From a virus: DNA of 64,000 nucleotides. Both the position numbers and the translations under genes were made by a program. The notes under the pieces are model-generated. The model was given only the letters and a program-made list of their open reading frames with translations. It had not been told where the DNA came from and ran no database searches. Position 1 is the stretch's first letter; every line of letters starts with the position of its first letter. This document shows, piece by piece, positions 1-9,353 of this stretch. Location: IMG/VR virus record IMGVR_UViG_3300005573_001035, positions 1-64,000 of that record, one strand, 5' to 3'.

Positions 1-2
1 AT

Positions 3-2210
3 ATTCATTCTAAGTTCTTTTTGTTTATCTTTCTTTACTTTGTAGTCAAACATTTGCTTTTTGTATTGCTTTCTAGATTGTAGAAGAGAAGATAGAATTG
101 TCAGATAGTAAGATTCTTCTACTTCTTTTCTTAGATATAGGGCTCCACTTATTGTGACGATAATCTTTCGTTGAGAAACTAGTTTTAGAAAGTCTTTTCC
201 ACTAATTATTTTTTCTTCTAGTTGGTTGGCTGTTTCGTTGTATAGATTTAGTTTGATTTGTGGTAAAGATGAGAATTTATCTTTGTTATAACAATATTGG
301 TAAGCAACTTCTTTATCAACTAACCCAACGAAACTATTTGGACCAATGTTATAGGTTAGAATTAACGATGGATATAGACTTGAGAAATCAAAATCTACTA
401 CCCATCTATACAAACCAGGGGATGGTTCTAGGACAAAAGCTCCTACGATTTGTTTCTTAGTAGTGCTATAAGTTAGGGTCTTAGCAGCCAGATTCATATT
501 CTTTAAGTACGATAGTATGAGTCCATCAACTTGACCAATCGTTGTAAGGCTACAACGAAACGTAGTACAACAAATTCTTCTTAGTTCATTTTGAAGCGAG
601 ATTAGTAAAAGTTTGTTTTCTAATTCAAGAAGTAAAGAGATATCCTCTTTGTTATATAAGATGAATTCTTTTGAATATTTCTCGTACCATAGATACCATC
701 TTCCTCCATGATCTACTTTTAGTTTTCCCTTTCCTAGCTCAGCATTAGCAATAAATTCCAAACTGTAGCTTTCTTTTCTTTCCTGAGAAAATCCTTCGTA
801 TAGAGTTTTTAGATCTAAACATACAAATCCGGCGACCTGAAGAAGATTTCCAACTGGTCGAACATTATGTAAAGGAGACAACATATTGGGGTCTAAGCCA
901 AGTCTTTCCATTCTTTTCGTAATGTAAGTAAGGTCATAACTTAGATTCCATCCAGAGATAACGTCTGGATCTATTTCTTTTAGTTTCTGAGAGAATATTC
1001 TTAACATATCTTCTTCTTTACTAACAAAAATTGTATCTTCTATACTCGTAGCAGAAGAATGGTCAAACTCTCCAGTATCATAAAAGATCGTTTCTATTTT
1101 ATTCGTTTTGTAGTTAGAATAAGAGATAAGAACAATTGGATCATTGGCTGTTTCTGGACTGGAGAATTCTCCGCTTCGAGAATACACCTCAATATCTATG
1201 AACATTATATTTAGATCGATTGTTGGCTCTTTATCTTTCTTTTGGTGGTAGTAATCTAGAGCGTGTTTGGCGTCTAGACCGATATCAGCTTCATATGATA
1301 TACTGGGAATTGTTTCTTCTGGGGGTTTGTTTTTTGTAATAACGGGTTGTAAGTCCAAGTAACTTAGTGCTAATTTTGGTACTTTGCCTTCTTTTGGAAC
1401 GTAGTAATAGTAATCTAAGGATGGGTGTGTATAGATTTCTTTACAACCGGTTTTGCAATCTCTAAAAATGTACACAACGTTATAAGAAACAATCTGAATA
1501 TCCAACAAAGCATATCTCTCTGAGTAATATTTTTCTGGTATTCGATATAAGCATTTGTTATCTTGGATTTGAATCTCGCTGCTTTTTACTTGTTTCTCGT
1601 TAACTTGTTGGTTATTCTCGTTACTTAGTTTTGGTTCTTTTCCAAGAAAAGAAGCTATAGTTCTAAAGTCAGAAGAAAAGATACCTTCTTTATCTGGATT
1701 TCGCAAGATATAACTAGGGTGGAATGTCACAAAGACAGGATACTCAACTCCATGAATCTTAGTCCTATAGAAAGATCCTCGAAGTTGAGTAATACTTCCC
1801 CCAGTTAGACCGAAAGCAGAACATGCAGATGCTCCCATTAAGACTATTAGTTTTGGATTGCATTTAGAGATAAGCGCCAGTACGTTCCTTTTACAATTCT
1901 CAATGGTTTCTGGATCTGGATTTGTGGTTCTTCCGTCTGGTCCTACTGTCTGACATAACACAACGTTACTCAGCAGGTAGTTACAAGTTTCTAAGTTATA
2001 TATTTCAAAGAATTTTCGAAATACTTTTCCGGCTCTTCCAATAAGAGGCCTATGAGTTCTAACCTCTTCGTAACCCGGATTCTCAGCTATGAAAACAACT
2101 TCTACCATAGATAGATCATCTGGACAATTGCATTCCGCGATACAAGAGGGGGCTTGCAGAAGTCGGCATCTTGAGCAATCCGAGAACCTTGAAGAACGAA
2201 TTGAGAACAC
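3..2210 (-). CDS. polB: Family-B DNA polymerase with N-terminal family-4 uracil-DNA glycosylase domain (3' end runs off the window)
   Basis: Not in the ORF track; translated by hand from GTG at 2210 (SD AAGGAG). UDG4 motifs: CSRC, FIAENPGYEE..PLIGRAG, NVVLC, TFHPSYILR. I read the frame open from there to ExoI MFIDIE; ExoII ISGWNLSYDL, ExoIII YNKED and Pol motif A VDFDFSSLYPS follow downstream. Confidence 0.93.
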   Translation of the reverse strand, partial: MFSIRSSRFSDCSRCRLLQAPSCIAECNCPDDLSMVEVVFIAENPGYEEVRTHRPLIGRAGKVFRKFFEIYNLETCNYLLSNVVLCQTVGPDGRTTNPDPETIENCKRNVLALISKCNPKLIVLMGASACSAFGLTGGSITQLRGSFYRTKIHGVEYPVFVTFHPSYILRNPDKEGIFSSDFRTIASFLGKEPKLSNENNQQVNEKQVKSSEIQIQDNKCLYRIPEKYYSERYALLDIQIVSYNVVYIFRDCKTGCKEIYTHPSLDYYYYVPKEGKVPKLALSYLDLQPVITKNKPPEETIPSISYEADIGLDAKHALDYYHQKKDKEPTIDLNIMFIDIEVYSRSGEFSSPETANDPIVLISYSNYKTNKIETIFYDTGEFDHSSATSIEDTIFVSKEEDMLRIFSQKLKEIDPDVISGWNLSYDLTYITKRMERLGLDPNMLSPLHNVRPVGNLLQVAGFVCLDLKTLYEGFSQERKESYSLEFIANAELGKGKLKVDHGGRWYLWYEKYSKEFILYNKEDISLLLELENKLLLISLQNELRRICCTTFRCSLTTIGQVDGLILSYLKNMNLAAKTLTYSTTKKQIVGAFVLEPSPGLYRWVVDFDFSSLYPSLILTYNIGPNSFVGLVDKEVAYQYCYNKDKFSSLPQIKLNLYNETANQLEEKIISGKDFLKLVSQRKIIVTISGALYLRKEVEESYYLTILSSLLQSRKQYKKQMFDYKVKKDKQKELRMN

Positions 2211-2283
2211 TGAGCATCTCCTTGTATGTGTATTAGTTTTCCTTCTTTTTGTTCTGGTGGTATCTTTTACTATCTTTCTGAAG

Positions 2284-2313
2284 AAAAAAAAGAAGGGGGA
2301 GTAACCCCCTTCT
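2284..2313 (-). terminator. Intrinsic terminator
   Basis: 9-bp stem AGAAGGGGG/CCCCCTTCT with a 5-nt loop, followed on the minus strand by a T-run, just after the stop of the 2321..2734 gene. Confidence 0.75.
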
Positions 2314-2320
2314 GGTTCTG

Positions 2321-2734
2321 CTAGAAGTTTGCCCTAACAAGGATAGCCTGGTCTGGATCTCCGTTCCATTCGTATTCAATTCCATATTTTTCTAATTTCT
2401 TGCATACTATCTTTCCAACTTCTTTGGCATCTAGACCAATGATTCCGAATTTCTCAGTGTGTAATGGACCATACTGGAGGTACAGTTCACCTTCCTTGAG
2501 AAAAGATCGATGACTTTGGCGGTTCCAAAAAACACATCCATTAACTTTTTTACCCTTCTCATATAAATTTTCTGCGGTGGTAGCTAGTTCATAACCTGCA
2601 CAAGTTGTGCAACATAGAAAATTCATCCTAGCTAGCAATTTATCTTCTTTTCGAAGATCTTTAAAGGCTTTCTTCAATCGTTCTAGAGTCGAACAGACTT
2701 TTTCTGGGTTTACTTTTCGTTCTGATCTTCGCAT
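2321..2734 (-). CDS. Hypothetical protein, DUF6891-like
   Basis: SD AAGGAGG. Pattern AFxDL...ARMNFLCCTTC...VFW..Q...LYLQYG...EWNGDP resembles my recollection of DUF6891. Confidence 0.6.
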   Translation of the reverse strand: MRRSERKVNPEKVCSTLERLKKAFKDLRKEDKLLARMNFLCCTTCAGYELATTAENLYEKGKKVNGCVFWNRQSHRSFLKEGELYLQYGPLHTEKFGIIGLDAKEVGKIVCKKLEKYGIEYEWNGDPDQAILVRANF

Positions 2735-2840
2735 TTCTAGTTTCCTCCTTGTAAGAAAGTTCGTAGTTCTTTTTGCATATGATACTCGCCCATGCTGTTG
2801 ATTTCTTCACAATTTTACATATCGATATTGTTTTCTTCTC

Positions 2841-3431
2841 TTAGTCTTTATTCTCTCTGTTTTGTAAAATTAAGTTAATGACCATATCATAAATTTTCTT
2901 ATCTTTCTTACAAACTTCTAACATTACTGGATCTGGTCCTATTTCTTTGATCCATCGAAGAGCTAGCTTTGGCTCGCTAATTCGTTTTTGGAGTATAGCT
3001 TTATCTTCTGGCCACCTTTCGGCCCACCACAAAATCCAGAAAAAACAAGTGATTCGATCTCGCATTATGTCCTTATCTTCTGGCCACGTTTGTGCCCACT
3101 TACAAACCCATTCGTTTTCACTAACTCGATCTCGCATAATATGTCTATCTTCTGGCCACTCGTCAGCCCACCAATAAGCCCACTCACTTTCAGTAACTAG
3201 GTCTCGCATCATATGCCTTTCTTCTGGAAATAAGTCAGCCCACTTATATGCCTCCTCGCTTGTGTTAATCTTATCTCGCATTGTGTCCTTATCTTCTGGC
3301 CACCTTTCAGCCCACGCAAAAGCCACTTCTGAGGCTGTAATTCGATCACAAACTTCGTGTCTTCTACTAGGATTGGAGCAAGCCCATTCAAAAAGAGACC
3401 ATTCAAAATTTACATTAGCTCTGTCTCTCAC
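2841..3431 (-). CDS. Trp-rich WPED-repeat protein (5 units)
   Basis: 24-aa units such as WPEDxxIMRDRxxxxxWAxxWA, with C-cap EPKLALRWIKEIGPDP..LEVCKKD. Confidence 0.85.
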   Translation of the reverse strand: MRDRANVNFEWSLFEWACSNPSRRHEVCDRITASEVAFAWAERWPEDKDTMRDKINTSEEAYKWADLFPEERHMMRDLVTESEWAYWWADEWPEDRHIMRDRVSENEWVCKWAQTWPEDKDIMRDRITCFFWILWWAERWPEDKAILQKRISEPKLALRWIKEIGPDPVMLEVCKKDKKIYDMVINLILQNRENKD

Positions 3432-4363
3432 AATTTTTTCTCTCCTTGTAAGACAAGTTCTAGCGCTTTTCTATAGAGTTCTTTATCTTTCTTACAAACC
3501 TCTAGTATTAGCGGGTCCGGTCCTATTTCTTCGATCCACCGAAAAGCTACTTTTGGCTCACTAACTAACTTTCGCATTATAGCTCTGTCATCTGGAAATT
3601 CAACAGCCCATCTAAATGCCCAGTAACTATCATTGATTCTATCTCGCATTATGTCCCTATCTTCTGGCCATTGATAAGCCCACATGAATACCCAAATGGA
3701 GTCCCAGACCCGATCTCGCATTAGATCTCTATCATCGTTCCAGCAGCATGCCCATCGATACGCCCAGTAACTATCATTGATTCTATCTCGCATTATGTCC
3801 TTATCTTCTGGCCAATGGATGACCCACTCATATGCTTCGTATGCCTCATGTATTTGATTTCGTATAATATCTTTATCTTCGGGCCATTGGTTAAGCCACA
3901 TGATCGCAATTTTTGTTTTATTAATTAGCTTTCGCATTACGTGTCTATCTTCAGGCCATTGCTTAGCCCAGTGGTAAGCCAATAATGGCTGGACAATTTG
4001 ACTTACTACAGAGTGCTTTTTGTCTTTATGGTGAGCTAATGATGGGTGGGCAATTTGACTTACAGAGTACCTTTCGCCCTTGTTTGACGCTGCCCAGTAA
4101 AGTACTTGGCGAGAATGTTGCAATTCTCCTTTGTCTAAGTATTCTTGGAGAATATCAGTTATCTCATAAATGTAATCTTCTATGTTTTGAATGAACTCGC
4201 GATTACTTATATACCTGTCAACTTTTTGGATTCTAGATTCTAGTTTCCTAGTTAGAGCTAGGTGTATTCCTTGTTCATTGATGACTATGCTTAGTTCTTC
4301 GTTGGGAGGAAGAGATTTTATGCCTAAGATTATTTCCTCAATTTCTTTATCTTTTTCGTTCAT
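3428..4363 (-). CDS. WPED-repeat protein (6 units) with an extra N-terminal domain of about 100 aa
   Basis: Unique N-terminus, then WPED units and the same C-cap (EPKVAFRWIEEIGPDP). Confidence 0.85.
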   Translation of the reverse strand: MNEKDKEIEEIILGIKSLPPNEELSIVINEQGIHLALTRKLESRIQKVDRYISNREFIQNIEDYIYEITDILQEYLDKGELQHSRQVLYWAASNKGERYSVSQIAHPSLAHHKDKKHSVVSQIVQPLLAYHWAKQWPEDRHVMRKLINKTKIAIMWLNQWPEDKDIIRNQIHEAYEAYEWVIHWPEDKDIMRDRINDSYWAYRWACCWNDDRDLMRDRVWDSIWVFMWAYQWPEDRDIMRDRINDSYWAFRWAVEFPDDRAIMRKLVSEPKVAFRWIEEIGPDPLILEVCKKDKELYRKALELVLQGEKKL

Positions 4364-4386
4364 CTTTCTAGCTCTCTTTCTTGAAA

Positions 4387-4602
4387 CTAGAAATTAGTTT
4401 CTCCTTGTTCTCCACTGACCGCTTTCGGATCAGATCTGGTAAGGGTATTCCAGTAAGCACTAGGAGTAGTTATTATTACTAGGCTTGTATCTGACCTATA
4501 GTTGCAAGTATAAAATATAGGTGGGGGCGTGATACTATACCAAACTGCTTGGATACAGATATGGGCTTTGCAGTAAGGATAGGTGTCTATTTGTATGTAC
4601 AT
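4387..4602 (-). CDS. Small hypothetical protein
   Basis: Likely start MYIQ at 4602 after an AGAGG SD; no recognisable motif. Confidence 0.4.
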   Translation of the reverse strand: MYIQIDTYPYCKAHICIQAVWYSITPPPIFYTCNYRSDTSLVIITTPSAYWNTLTRSDPKAVSGEQGETNF

Positions 4603-4663
4603 AGTTCTTTCCTCTTCTTTTTGTTGTCTTGCGACGTTTCCTTTCTTTCGTTCGTTTTTTTTC

Positions 4664-4978
4664 TTAAGCTTTCTCGTTAGTCTCAATTTCTCGAATTATA
4701 GGACCAGTCGTTAAGACATTTTCGATTTTGATAGTAACCTTATGGTCTCTACCTTTTAGTAAGAACCAAAGCTTTTCGTACTCATCATCTGAACTCCGCC
4801 ACACCATACCACACCCTCCCATGAGGTAGCAATAGCCATCGTTGCAGGCTTCCTCATGGGGATAGTAAAAACCCTGTATGGCAATCCATGGGGCGGTTTG
4901 TGCTTGTGATGTCTCCCTAAATTTTATCTGACCAATCCAAGATTCTCCCGTTTGTTTATCTATTATATTAACTTTCAT
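4664..4978 (-). CDS. Hypothetical protein
   Basis: Likely start MKVNIIDK at 4978 (SD AAAGGA). The longer track ORF extends into the structured element upstream. Confidence 0.55.
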   Translation of the reverse strand: MKVNIIDKQTGESWIGQIKFRETSQAQTAPWIAIQGFYYPHEEACNDGYCYLMGGCGMVWRSSDDEYEKLWFLLKGRDHKVTIKIENVLTTGPIIREIETNEKA

Positions 4979-5002
4979 CTTTTGTCTTCCTTTCTCGAAG
5001 TT

Positions 5003-5099
5003 GTGAACCGGGTGTCCCCACATTGAGCTCCCAAACCCGGTCGCGGAGCTGTGGAGGTGCATCGGTCTGTGACGACCGATAAAACGCATGTGGGGTCAC
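5003..5099. ncRNA. Candidate structured RNA with pseudoknot (unknown class)
   Basis: Perfect complementary pairs in 97 nt: GTGA/TCAC, CCCCACAT/ATGTGGGG, AGCTCC/GGAGCT, ATCGGTC/GACCGAT, plus crossing ACCGGGT/ACCCGGT. It lies just 5' of the 4978 start. Confidence 0.5.
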
Positions 5100-5127
5100 G
5101 TTCTAAGGTTAAGTTCAATATAGTTTT

Positions 5128-5452
5128 ATTACTTCTTCTCCAAACTTTTCTGGGAAGCGGCTACCAAACCTAAGACGGCAGAGATATTTTTCCCATCCCT
5201 GCCATTTCGCTTTAATGGATGCCTCGTTCTCATCATCATAGACAATGATTGAGGTACCCTTAGGCAAATCGTTAAAGAATCCATACTGAGCCAGAGCATC
5301 CGCTATAGCCTTGGCTGGTGTCGAACCACTACCAGTACAGAAGGCGGTATTGTTAGGAAGGGTTTAGAGTAAGTTAGAACCTCCCTGTCTTTGCTTAATT
5401 CTAGAACAATGACTAGGTTTTCGGAGGCTACTTGGAGCTCGGCGTAGTACAT
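5128..5452 (-). pseudogene. Possible frameshifted small gene
   Basis: SD AAAGGAGG plus ATG (MYYAELQV) stops after 25 codons. A different frame continues NTAFCTGSG...SLEKK to a stop near 5128. Confidence 0.3.
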
Positions 5453-5716
5453 GTGTCTTCCTCCTTTCGGGTTTGTCAATGATCTCTTCTTGGGCCACCT
5501 GTCTCATAGGCGAACCCGAATGTTTACATGAAGAACCCTCGGGATCGGGGCATAGGTTTAAGAAACCTGAGACTGAGATTTTGGATCATTCAGCCCCCTC
5601 TTCTCCCCGAGGATCCCCTAGCGTGTAGATAATGTTTACTTGCTTGTTAAGAGTCTGCCTCCTGGTCCACGATTTTTGTTCATACCCTCGCATCCAGAAG
5701 GCAGACGTATTTTGAG

Positions 5717-6343
5717 TTAGAGTTCAATTCCTCGATTCTTTGCTTTCTCGATAATAGTTGTTTCGTTGTCATTCCAACTATCTGGACGAATTTCTTTCAG
5801 AATTGGGTGGTAAATCACAAGTCGGGGCATCTGGTACTCATCGTGGTCATCGAAGAGACTTAATGAGTGCGACCAGAAAAATCTTCCATACTGTCCTTTT
5901 ATCTGGGGCAAGTCAAAGAGGAAGTCTTCCTTGTTACGCCAGACATCCATTACTCGAACGACTTGATCAGATGGTCCAGTCATGCGATTTACGTAGACAA
6001 CCCACCTTGGTTTGTCACCCAGCGTCGGGTGGGGTTTCCTTGGTTTTTCCGTGCAGATTCGGATAATGCATGGAACACCGATAAGATTCTGAGGAGGCTC
6101 GTCGAATTTGAACTTGGCGCACCTCCATCCCCCTAGAGTTGGAGGCTCCACCCCCGCTCCTCGTTGGTAATAGTTATCCTCCCAACGAGACTTCTCCTTT
6201 CTGCTAATCTCGAACCATTTTTTTCGAAGGTGGATATCTCCAACTGCTTGGTCAATGAGACCATAGGTCTCTCCCTTCCCTCTAACTTTTATTAGCTTGC
6301 TAGTAAAACTACTGGTTAGCATAGCGAAATTCTTATGTAGCAT
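5717..6343 (-). CDS. Hypothetical protein
   Basis: 208-aa ORF with SD AGGAGG, overlapping the end of the sigma-like gene. Confidence 0.65.
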   Translation of the reverse strand: MLHKNFAMLTSSFTSKLIKVRGKGETYGLIDQAVGDIHLRKKWFEISRKEKSRWEDNYYQRGAGVEPPTLGGWRCAKFKFDEPPQNLIGVPCIIRICTEKPRKPHPTLGDKPRWVVYVNRMTGPSDQVVRVMDVWRNKEDFLFDLPQIKGQYGRFFWSHSLSLFDDHDEYQMPRLVIYHPILKEIRPDSWNDNETTIIEKAKNRGIEL

Positions 6344-6869
6344 GTTGTTCCTCCTTCAAAACACGCAAAGCTCTGAGTCTTGCTTGTTTTGCAGCTTGGT
6401 AGTTCAAACCGACTTTCTTCGCTGTAGAGTTCAGGTCCTCACCGCAGAACTTAGTCAAAGTAAGGAGAATCGCACCTTGCATTGCTGCCATTCGACCTCT
6501 CTTTCCAGCGAGGTTTGATCGAGATCGGAGTAACCGACCGTATACTTCGAGTACCATCTGCTCTTCGACGGATTTTTCCGGGCAGGGAAGCAAAATCTGC
6601 TCCGTGGGTTCCTCGATCAAGTACCAAGTTCCGGGACCTCCATTACCTGTCGAACTCTTCCGACAGGCGTAAGCAAGAGAAGCCTTGTATAGATCTCTAT
6701 AGGTCGCTCTTAGGAAGGAGGTACCTTCCAGGTCTCTATGAGCCCAGGCAGCGGCGCGGGATTCCTGCAAAGCATCTTCTCTGAATCGATCCCAGAAAAG
6801 AGTAAATTGTCTCCGGCATATACTCAGAGCAATTTTCTCTTTCGTAGAAAGCATACCATCTTGTCTCAT
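6333..6869 (-). CDS. ECF/sigma-70-like RNA polymerase sigma factor
   Basis: Region 2-like REDALQESRAAAW and region 4 HTH GEDLNSTAKKVGLNYQAAKQARLRALRVLK. Likely start 6869 (SD GGAGG). Confidence 0.65.
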   Translation of the reverse strand: MRQDGMLSTKEKIALSICRRQFTLFWDRFREDALQESRAAAWAHRDLEGTSFLRATYRDLYKASLAYACRKSSTGNGGPGTWYLIEEPTEQILLPCPEKSVEEQMVLEVYGRLLRSRSNLAGKRGRMAAMQGAILLTLTKFCGEDLNSTAKKVGLNYQAAKQARLRALRVLKEEQHAT

Positions 6870-6914
6870 GCTACAAGGTCCTCCGGCTTGTGGCATAGAG
6901 CCAAAATGTGGGGG

Positions 6915-7328
6915 CTAATCTTCCTCGGCCGCTTTAAGGGCAGCCTCTCTCTCAGCCAAAGCTTGCTGGAGTTTGCTGAGTTCCTCTTCGGCCCAATTTC
7001 TGGCTTTTTGAAATGCTGTTGCCCACTTCGGGTCTGAAAACTCTTCGAACCAGTAGCGATATGCCCTTCCATCTTCTAGTTCTTCGTATTGACCCCAGTT
7101 AGCGTGGAGAGGAAGGCCTGCGAGACAGACCTTCTCGCCAAATTGCAGGTCATTAAGAATCGAGAAGTTCTTTCTCTTATCAGCAGGGAGTCTTATCTCA
7201 GCCCGGACCACCACATCGTTGCCCAAATGGGGAGGTTGTTGGCCTATCCGCTTAAGAACGATCTGAGCCTCTAGTCCTTCCTTAAGTTGGATATTGATTT
7301 CTTCTCTTGTGGTTTTTGTCTTGCTCAT
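6915..7328 (-). CDS. Hypothetical protein with C-terminal helix
   Basis: 137-aa ORF with SD AAGGA. Confidence 0.7.
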   Translation of the reverse strand: MSKTKTTREEINIQLKEGLEAQIVLKRIGQQPPHLGNDVVVRAEIRLPADKRKNFSILNDLQFGEKVCLAGLPLHANWGQYEELEDGRAYRYWFEEFSDPKWATAFQKARNWAEEELSKLQQALAEREAALKAAEED

Positions 7329-7573
7329 GTCTTTATCCTTCCTTTGTTCTTGTTAGAATATCGTTAGAAAAAGAGTTCAAAACTAAGTACTGAGCATAAG
7401 CAGGTTGTTTCATATTTTCTGGAATTTCTATGTCTAGATTGTACGGTTGTAAGATGTCAAAATAATCTTTTCAATATCTTCGTCTGAGTTAATTTCTTTT
7501 GGAAGTATTAACGTAGTTGCGTAGTGCATTCTTTCTTACCTCCTCTATGTAGGAAAGAAGAACGAAGTTTCTT

Positions 7574-7858
7574 TCACATAGGCTGTGGGAAGAAGCCCAA
7601 GGAATCAAAGAATTCTAAAACTTCCGGATCAATAACCCCCTCATTTCCACTACAATAAAAATCCATGTAACTTTCGCCTTTGCCCCGGATATTTGCAATA
7701 AGTTCCCCAGCATATCTCCAGCTACAAGAAAAGACATTATGTGGATTATCTTTATCAATCCAACGAGTATTGCAAAGAGCCCTATAAACTTTTGTGGCAA
7801 ATTCGGTGTCTTGTAATTTGTACTTATTGTTTCGTAAGGTCTTCTCGAAGTCCTTCAT
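7574..7858 (-). CDS. Small hypothetical phage protein
   Basis: SD AGGAGG; distinctive SCSWRYAG..IA..R...YMDFYCSGNEG motif. Confidence 0.7.
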   Translation of the reverse strand: MKDFEKTLRNNKYKLQDTEFATKVYRALCNTRWIDKDNPHNVFSCSWRYAGELIANIRGKGESYMDFYCSGNEGVIDPEVLEFFDSLGFFPQPM

Positions 7859-7897
7859 CTAGCCTTCCTCCTTTTCTTTCGTTGGCTCATTTTTTTC

Positions 7898-8254
7898 TTA
7901 CAAATTTGTAACTAGACCTGGACCCAGTCTAATGGTTCTAGTAAACTCTCGAATCCAAAATGGATCTTTGATTTGTTTTCTCCTTATGTCCCTATCTTCT
8001 GACCACCGCAAAGCCCACTCATAAGCCGAATAATCCTTGACTCGGGATCGCATTATGTCCTTATCTTCTGGCCACAATCTAGTCCAAAAGAAAGCCCAGT
8101 AACTATCGTTGATTCGACTCCGCACTATATCCTTGTCTTCTGGCCATCTTTTAGCCCATTGTAAGGCGACATAAGAAGATCGAATGCGCTTTCTTATACT
8201 CTGTTTTGAACTAGGGTCTTGCTTTGCTAGTTCAAATAGTTGTTTAGAGGTCAT
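7898..8254 (-). CDS. WPED-repeat protein (3 units)
   Basis: N-cap MTSKQLFELAKQDPSS; C-cap RKQIKDPFW type. Confidence 0.8.
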   Translation of the reverse strand: MTSKQLFELAKQDPSSKQSIRKRIRSSYVALQWAKRWPEDKDIVRSRINDSYWAFFWTRLWPEDKDIMRSRVKDYSAYEWALRWSEDRDIRRKQIKDPFWIREFTRTIRLGPGLVTNL

Positions 8255-8275
8255 CTTTTCCCAACCTCCTTCCTT

Positions 8276-9058
8276 CTACTTCTCACTATCTCCTTGTAAA
8301 ACAAACTCAAGAGCTTTCTGGTAGATTCCCTTATCTTTCTTACAAATTTCTAATATGTCTGGATCTAGCCCTATGTCTTTGATCCACGCTAGAGCCCATT
8401 CTGGTTCTGCAATTAGTTTTTTCATTATGTGCTTATCTTCTGGCCATTGCTTGGCCCACCAATAAGCCCACTTACTTTTACTAACCCGGCCTCGTACTAC
8501 GTCCTTATCTTCTGGCCATCTTTTAGCCCATTCAAAAACCCACTTATTCTCAGTAACTCGATGTCGAATTATTTCTCTTTCTTCTGGCCATTTGAGAGCC
8601 CACCTATAAATCCAGTAACTATTAGTAATTCTATCTCGCATCATATGCCTATCTTCTGGCCACCTTTCGGCCCAGAGAATAGCTACTGCTGAGTCCTCGA
8701 TTTTTTCTCTCATCGCAAACTTGTCTTCCGGCCATTTTTTAGCCCATTCAAAAGCCCAGTAATCTTCATTGATTTTGTCTCGCATTATCTCCTTGTCTTC
8801 TGGCCACCTTCTGGCCCATTCAAGAACCCACTTGTTCTCAGTAACTCGATCTCGCATTATCTCCTTGTCTTCTGGCCAATGCATAGCCCACCAATATGCC
8901 CACTCGCTTTCAGTAATTCTATCTCGCATTATCTCCTTGTCTTCTGGCCATCTTTTAGCCCATGCAAAGGCAATATCGCTAGATTCAATATATTTGCATA
9001 CATTCTGTCTTAAACTAGGATTCTGCCTTGCGTATAAGAGTGCTTGTCTTGAAGTCAT
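8276..9058 (-). CDS. WPED-repeat protein (8 units)
   Basis: Start moved to MTSRQALL at 9058 (SD GAGGG). The track's extra N-terminus is a remnant C-cap of the upstream gene. Confidence 0.85.
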   Translation of the reverse strand: MTSRQALLYARQNPSLRQNVCKYIESSDIAFAWAKRWPEDKEIMRDRITESEWAYWWAMHWPEDKEIMRDRVTENKWVLEWARRWPEDKEIMRDKINEDYWAFEWAKKWPEDKFAMREKIEDSAVAILWAERWPEDRHMMRDRITNSYWIYRWALKWPEEREIIRHRVTENKWVFEWAKRWPEDKDVVRGRVSKSKWAYWWAKQWPEDKHIMKKLIAEPEWALAWIKDIGLDPDILEICKKDKGIYQKALEFVLQGDSEK

Positions 9059-9085
9059 CTTTCCCTCTCTCTTTCCTATCTTCTT

Positions 9086-9353
9086 AATTTCCCTGTAAGA
9101 TAAGTTTAGGAGCTTTATTATAAAGTTTCTTTTATCTTTCTTACAGACTTCTAACATTAGGGTCTAATTTCCAATGTTTTCGAATTATCGAAGAACTAAA
9201 TTTTGGGTCAGTAACTGATTTTTTCGTATTACAGTTTTACCATCTAGAAACTCGATAGCCTATTTAAAATGCCAGCAATTCTCATTAACTTGATTTCGCA
9301 TCTTACCTTATCTTCTAGCCACTCAGTGGGTCCCGCAAATAAGTTCGTTCCAG
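9086..9353 (-). pseudogene. Decayed 3' end (repeat units and C-cap) of the 9354..10292 gene
   Basis: Broken-frame remnants WLEDK, AIEFLDG, VTDPK and MLEVCKKDK resemble the C-terminus of the 3428..4363 paralog. Confidence 0.65.

Noticed and set aside
5003-5099. Twister, HDV-like ribozyme or SAM riboswitch
   Set aside because: TCCCAAACCCGG and GTGGAGG recall twister, but helix order and conserved core nucleotides do not fit these classes. Retained as an unknown motif.
9059-9157. N-terminal extension of the 8276 ORF given in the track
   Set aside because: MLEVCKKDK is a C-cap remnant of the decayed upstream paralog; a better SD and paralog-matching start lie at 9058.
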